Positions 1-5,167 of a DNA stretch of 5,167 nucleotides are shown here, piece by piece. The position numbers and the translations under genes are program-made. The DNA lies in NCBI GenBank assembly GCA_018985225.1, contig JADGIF010000684.1, positions 1 to 5,167 of the forward strand. The letters run 5' to 3'. Every line of letters starts with the position of its first letter. Position 1 is the stretch's first letter. The stretch comes from Amoeboradix gromovi X-113 (lineage: Eukaryota; Fungi; Sanchytriomycota). The notes under the pieces were generated by a model. The model was not told where the DNA came from, made no database searches, and saw only the letters and a program-made list of their open reading frames with translations.

Positions 1-479
1 ATGAAAGAGCAAGAGAATAGCTGTACAGAATATTTATTTTTGAAATTTCGATACAAATTGTCTAGTCTAGTTTTTACAGAGCATGTCCCAGTTGTTTGCT
101 TTATTTTAGCACGCTGTTCTTGATGTCTTAAGTATTGATCCCGGATTGGCATGGTTATACAATACATTTTTGAGTGCTTTTTGGTCATTTAATAATGTCT
201 TTTTCTTATTTCCCTTATTGCGCCTCCAGTCTTCTTATTATAGAGTGCCTCCCGTTTTTGGACTTCATAGGTAACAAAATCCTTCTAGATGAGTTGCAGG
301 CAGTAACAAGAAGAACTTATGTAGTGAAACTGAAAAGTATAAGATCAATTTTGGCAAAATGTCCTGATTTCCAAGTAGGAGAAATACCTAGAAACTACAC
401 TAGATTATCCACTACCATTAATTTAGAATGCCCAAAACCAAAAACCATTGCAAAAGAGCAAAAAAAACATGATAATGAA

Positions 480-736
480 ACACTAGAAAGAGCATTACAA
501 AAACCAAGACAGAACATGAAAATGATTATCGATTGGGATATTGCAGCATATACTAAGTACTAATCCGCCAAGCTGCTTTGAAAGAGAAATTGCCAGCGCA
601 TTTTCATATTGATAAAAAGCTTGATGGCATATTATGTATTGAGGCATCTTACCAGGAGGTCCACAGAATTGAAGTTAAGACATCTTCCGAAATCGAGTCG
701 ATATCTTATTTTTATTTTGAAAAATACAATGGATAG
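480..736 (+). pseudogene. Degenerate PD-(D/E)xK (restriction-endonuclease-fold) nuclease-like fragment
   Basis: Frame +2, 557-736 reads VLIRQAALKEKLPAHFHIDKKLDGILCIEASYQEVHRIEVKTSSE..., with KKLDG(623-628)...IEVK(668-679). It has no ATG and is bounded by stops. The upstream part of the same frame (TEHENDY) is cut off by TAA 554-556. Confidence 0.35.
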
Positions 737-892
737 AAGAGCCATAGAAAATACAGCTATCTCTGATAAATCTACGTTAATGTAAGGCTCAGGAGTCTAG
801 TCTCGTCAATAATCGGAGAATGTAGGTGTTTTCAGCTTTGCAAAAACTTACCATTAGGAAATGAAGTTTGTTTCTCCCCTAGTTCCTCAAAA

Positions 893-1189
893 ATGACCCA
901 AAACCTTGATATTGCTCCTCGCATTCCAGTAACTCGTTTAAACTCTCACATTGGTACACATATTACTTTGGTTGGTTGTGTTGATGAGAATAGACACTCA
1001 TACAGCACCTTTAAAACAGGATCTGGTGTTGCAACTTTAAAAGGACGTGATTTCCCAGTAGATAGAATTATTCAAGTTCAAGGCATGGTAGACTCTCAGA
1101 TGCAAATCGAGGTAGAAGACTTTCATGTCTATGATTATACAGGTACAATGGATGACAGCCTAAAGCTATATGAGGCAGCAATTCAATAA
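893..1189 (+). CDS. RPA3: Replication protein A 14 kDa subunit (RPA3/RFA3, OB fold)
   Basis: The 98-aa ORF follows the RPA14 pattern: N-terminal PRI..L..HIG..ITLVG.V, then IIQVQGMV, and the C-terminal helix LKLYEAAIQ (compare 'LYNEAV' in RPA14). Start context is AAAAATG. Confidence 0.8.
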   Translation: MTQNLDIAPRIPVTRLNSHIGTHITLVGCVDENRHSYSTFKTGSGVATLKGRDFPVDRIIQVQGMVDSQMQIEVEDFHVYDYTGTMDDSLKLYEAAIQ

Positions 1190-1201
1190 ATATTATTTAT
1201 T
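1185..1201. terminator. Palindromic bidirectional poly(A) signal overlapping both stop codons
   Basis: AATAAATA-T-TATTTATT. Each strand reads AATAAA, and its TAA is the stop codon of RPA3 (+) or UTP5 (-). Confidence 0.55.
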
Positions 1202-2561
1202 CATCCAGATCCATTTCTTCTGAAATCAACAAATCCTCTTGAATAGCAAGAGACATCTCAAGCTGTGCAGCAACATCCACAATTGCTTCATATAACTTTG
1301 CTTTCTCGGCCAATAAGGACTCGATCATATAAATATCCTTTGCTGCAGGACCTGTTCTGATACTTGAGCCATGGAACAGCAGTAAATCACTAACCCATGC
1401 CATCACAGGTTTAGTCAATTGTTTTTGTAAACGTTGGTTCAATAAATGAACTAATCCAGTAACAGCTGGAGGAGTCAACTTTTTCAAAGCTTTTTTGACC
1501 AAGTGAGGCTGCGACTGTAGGCAGGTCTCCAGTAAGGTTTGATCTTGACCTTTAATTGCTTGTAATAGGAGAGGTGTTAGAGACGTTGAAGTTGATTCTA
1601 AAATAATCTCTTGCTCATCTTGAGGCTGAACAACTGGAATTAAATCACCTAAATTCGGCTCTAATTGATCCATTATAGCAATCTTTGGATTTGCCATTTC
1701 GGTCTGTAAAACCGAATCTTCAACAAAAATTGAATTAGGGAAGCTTTTGTAGTCTTTTATTAGATAACTGGAGTAAGGCTCAATAAATAAATGGGCCTGA
1801 AGCTCACCGTTTTTATCAAGATCGCAAGCACTCAACTCTAAAGCTTTATTTAGTGTAGTTGTCGATTTGAGCACGCAAGAATCATTGACTTCGAAAACAC
1901 TAAAACTTTTTTCATTTGTGATAGTCATATATCCATTAAATATACAAATGTTCTTTATATTACAATCTACAAATACGGTATCTACCAAAACCAACTTTTT
2001 ACCTCTTCGCTTATCTTTTTTCATCTTGAATAAGTTGATAGCATTACTTTCATGAGAAATAGCAAAGATAAGTTCCTTGTGGCATACTATTTTGTCAATA
2101 TAAAAATGAGATCTTGAAGTAGAGGCAATTAAATCCATAGATTGCAGAGAAAATACCAACAGTTGAGTAGTACCAACAACCAGTTTATCACCGCTTACGG
2201 TGCAAGAAGAAATCTTGTCATTGATCTCTACGTCGAAGTTGCTAGTGGTGTCAAGTTCTGTATTCCACAACACGCAATTTGATTTACTAATCCCGATGAT
2301 CATATGGTCGCTGGCTGCTAACTTTTCAGCACTCTCTTGGATTTGCTTTATGACTGTTTCTCCATTGAACAAAATCATTGAGTGCTGAGTGGTTAAAGCT
2401 AAATAAAATGGACTTTTAGAATTCAGCGATTTCACTAAGATTGAATCCACTACCTCTGAGCCGGGCTGAAATGCTGTCATTTTGCGTCCATTTATAATCT
2501 GAATCGGCTTAGTACCGCTGAACTTACAGTATTGTTGTGCAGAAAATAAATTTGCAGACAT
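1197..2561 (-). CDS. UTP5: SSU processome t-UTP subunit Utp5/WDR43 (divergent WD40 N-terminus plus C-terminal Utp12/Dip2 domain)
   Basis: 454-aa uninterrupted ORF with a beta-rich N-terminus. The C-terminal segment SLTPLLLQAIKGQDQTLLETCL...KALKKLTPPAV..LVHLL..RL...AWVSDLLLFHGS matches the Utp5/WDR43-type Utp12 domain, and the protein ends in an acidic tail. Confidence 0.82.
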   Translation of the reverse strand: MSANLFSAQQYCKFSGTKPIQIINGRKMTAFQPGSEVVDSILVKSLNSKSPFYLALTTQHSMILFNGETVIKQIQESAEKLAASDHMIIGISKSNCVLWNTELDTTSNFDVEINDKISSCTVSGDKLVVGTTQLLVFSLQSMDLIASTSRSHFYIDKIVCHKELIFAISHESNAINLFKMKKDKRRGKKLVLVDTVFVDCNIKNICIFNGYMTITNEKSFSVFEVNDSCVLKSTTTLNKALELSACDLDKNGELQAHLFIEPYSSYLIKDYKSFPNSIFVEDSVLQTEMANPKIAIMDQLEPNLGDLIPVVQPQDEQEIILESTSTSLTPLLLQAIKGQDQTLLETCLQSQPHLVKKALKKLTPPAVTGLVHLLNQRLQKQLTKPVMAWVSDLLLFHGSSIRTGPAAKDIYMIESLLAEKAKLYEAIVDVAAQLEMSLAIQEDLLISEEMDLDE

Positions 2562-2654
2562 CTCAAGGAGATCTCCGTATATGAGATACGCAATCAGAGA
2601 CTTAGCCCTCTATTTTGGAAGGGCATATGCTTGATATACGTAACGGGTATCTGG

Positions 2655-2963
2655 AAGCAACAGTGGCTGTGAAGCCCCTCTCTCCATTGCGGCTTCTCAG
2701 AGATGTCACCATAAATTACGTTTGCAACTCAATCCTCATGAATACCCAAGCGTCAGGATAAACCGCATGCGGTAGATTTCATAATTGAGTGAATTGATCT
2801 AGGTTGGAAAGCTTTAGTTTCATTTCCAACGAAGTTTCAGAATATAAACTTTAGAGCAACAGTAATTTAGGCGTTTCTAAATAACGCGCGTATCTAGCGT
2901 TTCTTTGGAGCTACCAGCTCTTCATTGTTATACATTCAACGACTACCACTTCAATAAATTTTT
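2655..2963 (+). ncRNA. Candidate ~300-nt structured non-coding RNA, family unassigned
   Basis: Nested stems: AGAGATGTC/GGCGTTTCT, AAATTAC/GTAATTT, TTGC/GCAA, ACTCAAT/ATTGAGT, ATGAA/TTCAT, GTTGGAAA/TTTCCAAC, AAGTTT/AAACTT and terminal AGTGG/CCACT, followed by T5 at 2959-2963. No long ORF is present. Strand is uncertain. Confidence 0.35.
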
Positions 2964-3229
2964 CTCTATATATGGTTCCTTTGCATCATACTACTTCTTC
3001 CTGAGCAGCTCATAAGAGTAGATGCAATAAGTGGGATATATTAATATACGGCTAGTCAACAAGTAATCAAATATTTGCAAGATTGTCTTCTATACATGTT
3101 GCATTATGAATGAATTAATCCATATGCGAGAATAGTCACATTATGAGATATTGTGCTGCTCTATTCGAAGAAGGTGAGATTACTTTGTAACCGCAGATCA
3201 CAATATTTGACTAAATTATTTACTAGTGT

Positions 3230-3568
3230 TTACATTAATTGAACCAAAAGTATTAGCAAAATCATTCCCAGCTTAGAAGATCCTGCAACATATATAGGTC
3301 TAGGATAGTTCACAGTAAATGTCTCGTATATTTGCGTTGAATAAACTGTTCCAGCCGAGGTAAACTGGGTAGATCTTATAGTTCCTGTTACTGAAAAGGT
3401 GAGAGTATCCGGCTTAGTAGTGGTAAATTCCGTCTTACTTGATGTTTGTATGGTTGCTTGAGTAGTAGTTGAGACTTCAGAAATATTCATCCAAACTGTT
3501 TCTACCGTCGCGGCCTTTTTGCCCAGTCAGTTTTCTCGACGTATTAAAAACCATAAAAGTTTGCACAT
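3230..3568 (-). CDS. Small Ser/Thr-rich, probably GPI-anchored or cell-surface protein; probable exons 3568-3541 and 3501-3230
   Basis: Thr/Ser-rich body and a hydrophobic C-terminal tail preceded by small residues (AGSSKLGMILLILLVQLM). An in-frame upstream ATG at 3568 gives a signal-like MCKLLWFLI. The single in-frame TGA (3529-3527) lies inside a GT...CTGAC...TAG 39-nt segment whose removal keeps the frame (99 aa). Confidence 0.6.
3502..3540 (-). other. Putative 39-nt spliceosomal intron
   Basis: Sequence GTCGAGAAAACTGACTGGGCAAAAAGGCCGCGACGGTAG has a GT donor, CTGAC branch-like motif and TAG acceptor, and it removes an in-frame stop. The donor is weak, and an earlier AAG would shift the frame. 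Confidence 0.4.
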
Positions 3569-3613
3569 CAAGTTAGAATTAACACACGAAATTATAAATA
3601 ACATATTTATTAA

Positions 3614-4075
3614 TCATTCATCTTGAAGCCAGGATGCTTCAACGCAATCTTTTATTTTTCGTTCATATTCTGGCCTATTGTCATTATATAAACGAGCTGC
3701 TTCAGCATTTGCTGGGCTATTGGGATTCGGATCGTTTAAGAGAGATTGAACTGAAGTTAGAATCGACTGGACATCGTACGAAGGCGACCATCTATTTTGA
3801 ATGATGTCTAAACACAGATTGCCATTTTCATAAACATTAGGATGATATATATTAGTTACAAACGATACTTTGGGAGCCTTTTGTGGATACGTTTCGTCAA
3901 ATTCCAACAACAACTTGAAAACTCCTTGATGAAATGGAGTGTCTTCAGGTCCTATTATAAATGCATCCCATATAAGAATGTTGTCTGGTCTTGGTGTGGC
4001 ATTAATACCAACTACTGGCTCTCTTTGTACTTTCTTGAAATCCTGCAACAACCGACGTCTAGCATTCGTTGACAT
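3614..4075 (-). CDS. RAD6: Ubiquitin-conjugating enzyme E2 Rad6/Ubc2 (153 aa)
   Basis: Has the [15 protein letters not shown]-terminus, GPEDTPF, the [21 protein letters not shown] catalytic Cys motif, PNPNSPAN and a VEASW C-terminus. The true ATG is at 4075; the ORF-track start at 4087 is a TTG. Confidence 0.96.
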   Translation of the reverse strand: MSTNARRRLLQDFKKVQREPVVGINATPRPDNILIWDAFIIGPEDTPFHQGVFKLLLEFDETYPQKAPKVSFVTNIYHPNVYENGNLCLDIIQNRWSPSYDVQSILTSVQSLLNDPNPNSPANAEAARLYNDNRPEYERKIKDCVEASWLQDE

Positions 4076-4149
4076 CTGATGTTTCAAGGAACCACAGCCC
4101 TCTTAAAATCCTAATTTCGTATAAGATAGAATTTACACAAGGGAACTTA

Positions 4150-4222
4150 CAGACCCAGTCGCTCCACCAAAGTGGTTGCTCATGCTTCCATTACCCTAAG
4201 GCAGGATGGAACTAGAATGCAT
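4150..4222 (-). ncRNA. Candidate omega-RNA scaffold remnant downstream of the Fanzor/TnpB fragment
   Basis: Minus-strand stems: TTCCAT(4211-4206)/ATGGAA(4191-4186) enclosing TGCC-TTAG-GGTA; CCAC-TTTG-GTGG (4175-4164); and a closing TCTAGT/ACTGGG helix that needs G-U pairs on this strand. Position directly 3' of RuvC-III fits omega-RNA placement. Confidence 0.4.
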
Positions 4223-4233
4223 ATATGATAAGA

Positions 4234-4438
4234 TAGGTTCTTCGCTGCCATATGGTCTCTACTTCCAAAAAACAGCTTGCGCATGTAATTATCTCGAAAT
4301 TAAGTCTCTTTATAGTACCACACCTTGTACACCTTTAAACGGCTATTGCTCCAATATACCTCACGGTTGCTTTCCATTTTTTACGCATCTAGTTCATTTT
4401 AAGTCATCTCTAAATGCGAAAGACTTTTCAAGTAACTT
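4234..4438 (-). pseudogene. Degenerate Fanzor/TnpB-family RNA-guided nuclease, C-terminal fragment (RuvC-II region, zinc ribbon, RuvC-III)
   Basis: Minus-strand translation across two frameshifts: KLLEKSFAFRDDLK*TRCVKNGKQP*GILEQ*PFKG (4438-4331) / CTRCGTIKRLNFEIITCASCFLEV (4331-4260) / RDHMAAKNL (4260-4234). Order and spacing match the F+..L..KC...E.YTSK.C..CG...C..C....DRD..AA.NI consensus. Confidence 0.8.
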
Positions 4439-4758
4439 CACTTTGTAGACTCTTCAGATTTGACATGCTGTGGCTAAGATAATTTGCAGAAATTTGTCAT
4501 ATATGAGAAGGGCCGAATATCCTGAAATTGTTCGATTAGAATATTACATTTATCAGGACTTTTGGAGAGACAGTTCATTAAACCGAGACAAAAAACCTAT
4601 TCAGTTAGGAGTATGTAGTTGCAAAAGCCTTGTGATCAAAACGACAGATGAGTTCCTAGTAATTAGGATTTTCAGAAATTGACCCAATCAACAATTGGGT
4701 GTTAGGAGTTTGTACAAGCTTAAACCCTACAAATATTTGAATTTGCTATTCGTCCCAA

Positions 4759-5167
4759 ATGATTTTTATTTCGCTTCTTTTAGCAGTACCTTTGCCCTCA
4801 TTTATCAAAAGTATTGATGACAATTTCGATGCCGTAGGCCAAGCAATTGAAGATGCTGGAGGCACTATAAGTAATGTTGGGATCAATTTGAGAAATATCG
4901 ATGAACCTGGTGATGATGGTTCTTCAAACAATGAGCAGGATCAAGAACTACTTCAAGATGAAATTGCTGAGAGTCCTGCAGACCCTGAGGACATCACCGA
5001 TACTGAGGATAACACCGATCTTGAGGATAATACTGATCCTGAGGATAATACTGATCCTGAGGATAACACTGATCCTGAGGATAACACTGATCCTGAGGAT
5101 AAGGCAAAAAAATATTCAAGTCGTGCAAAACGCCTTCAAAGAATTGCGAGAAAGGCAAGGCAGTTAG
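4759..5167 (+). CDS. Putative secreted acidic repeat protein, 3' end beyond the window
   Basis: Frame +1 is open from ATG 4759 to the window end: MIFISLLLAVPLPSFIKSIDDNFDAVGQAIEDAGG...(PEDNTD)n-KAKKYSSRAKRLQRIARKARQL. It has a hydrophobic signal-like N-terminus, and several repeat substitutions are synonymous in this frame. Confidence 0.8.
   Translation, partial: MIFISLLLAVPLPSFIKSIDDNFDAVGQAIEDAGGTISNVGINLRNIDEPGDDGSSNNEQDQELLQDEIAESPADPEDITDTEDNTDLEDNTDPEDNTDPEDNTDPEDNTDPEDKAKKYSSRAKRLQRIARKARQL
4981..5102 (+). repeat. 18-bp coding tandem repeat, ~6.8 copies, consensus GATCCTGAGGATAAYACT (DPEDNT)
   Basis: Units start at 4981, 4999, 5017, 5035, 5053, 5071 and 5089 and encode DPEDIT, DTEDNT, DLEDNT, DPEDNT x3, DPEDK. 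Confidence 0.97.

Larger units (their letters stand above)
4101..4676. mobile_element. Possible boundaries of a decayed Fanzor-carrying element (imperfect 16-bp inverted repeat)
   Basis: TCTTAAAATCCTAATT (4101-4116) versus AATTAGGATTTTCAGA (4661-4676) match at 15/16 with a perfect 12-bp core, and they bracket the nuclease remnant. No target-site duplication is visible. Confidence 0.3.

Noticed and set aside
60-290. Minus-strand fragments (KTLLNDQKALKNVLYNHANPGSILKT) faintly like an IS1595/Merlin or Maverick integrase segment
   Set aside because: The match is too short, is interrupted by stops and shows no catalytic motifs.
174-563. 129-aa ORF as an intact gene
   Set aside because: It has a GTG start and no recognisable domain. 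At most it is part of the decayed locus at 480-736.
1867-2388. Two 62-aa plus-strand ORFs
   Set aside because: Both are antisense to UTP5, have non-ATG starts and show no recognisable motifs.
893-2561. Alternative genetic code (TAA/TAG = Gln)
   Set aside because: The 454-aa Gln-containing UTP5 ORF and RAD6 have no internal TAR codons, and TAA ends UTP5 at a sensible position.
2660-2870. U1 snRNA or telomerase RNA on the minus strand
   Set aside because: An Sm-like site and 3' hairpin are present, but there is no ACUUACC 5' end, no U1-70K or U1A loops and no recognisable telomeric template.
3842-4072. 76-aa plus-strand ORF
   Set aside because: It is antisense to RAD6.
4206-4448. 80-aa Cys-rich plus-strand ORF
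   Set aside because: It lies antisense to the Fanzor/TnpB remnant, which explains the region better.
4472-4480. U2 snRNA-like GGCTAAGAT (and CGGCCTTTT at 3511)
   Set aside because: These are isolated 9-mers without the GUGUAGUA branch-recognition sequence.
4470-4682. 70-aa plus-strand ORF
   Set aside because: It has a GTG start and no motif. No upstream RuvC-I segment could be recognised on the minus strand here either.
4746-4931. 61-aa minus-strand ORF
   Set aside because: It is an antisense shadow of the 4759 gene.
4981-5102. CRISPR-like array
   Set aside because: The units are head-to-tail with no spacers and are in-frame coding repeats in a eukaryotic gene.
4901-5167. ORF-track 88-aa ORF with ILRITL repeats
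   Set aside because: It is an alternative frame of the 18-bp repeat. The frame from ATG 4759 has a signal peptide and tolerates the repeat substitutions better.

Overview
AT-rich, gene-dense eukaryotic DNA using the standard genetic code and with few introns. It resembles a compact early-diverging fungal or related opisthokont genome (taxon is inference). Housekeeping genes: RPA3/RFA3 (893-1189 +), which converges on UTP5/WDR43 (1197-2561 -) with only 7 bp between them, and the E2 enzyme RAD6/UBC2 (3614-4075 -). There is a small Ser/Thr-rich, probably GPI-anchored protein (3230-3568 -, likely with a 39-nt intron). The window ends in the 5' part of a secreted acidic protein with 18-bp PEDNTD repeats (4759 to window end, +), which the ORF track missed. 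The main hidden signal is upstream of RAD6 on the minus strand: a frameshifted remnant of a Fanzor/TnpB-type RNA-guided nuclease C-terminus (E-x-[YTS]-K, CxxC-x12-CxxC zinc ribbon, RDxxAAKN). It is followed by a foldable omega-RNA-like segment and bracketed by an inverted repeat. Also seen: a ~300-nt intergenic region with many nested stems (candidate ncRNA, 2655-2963), a degenerate PD-(D/E)xK-like nuclease fragment (~480-736), and shared motifs at gene starts and ends.
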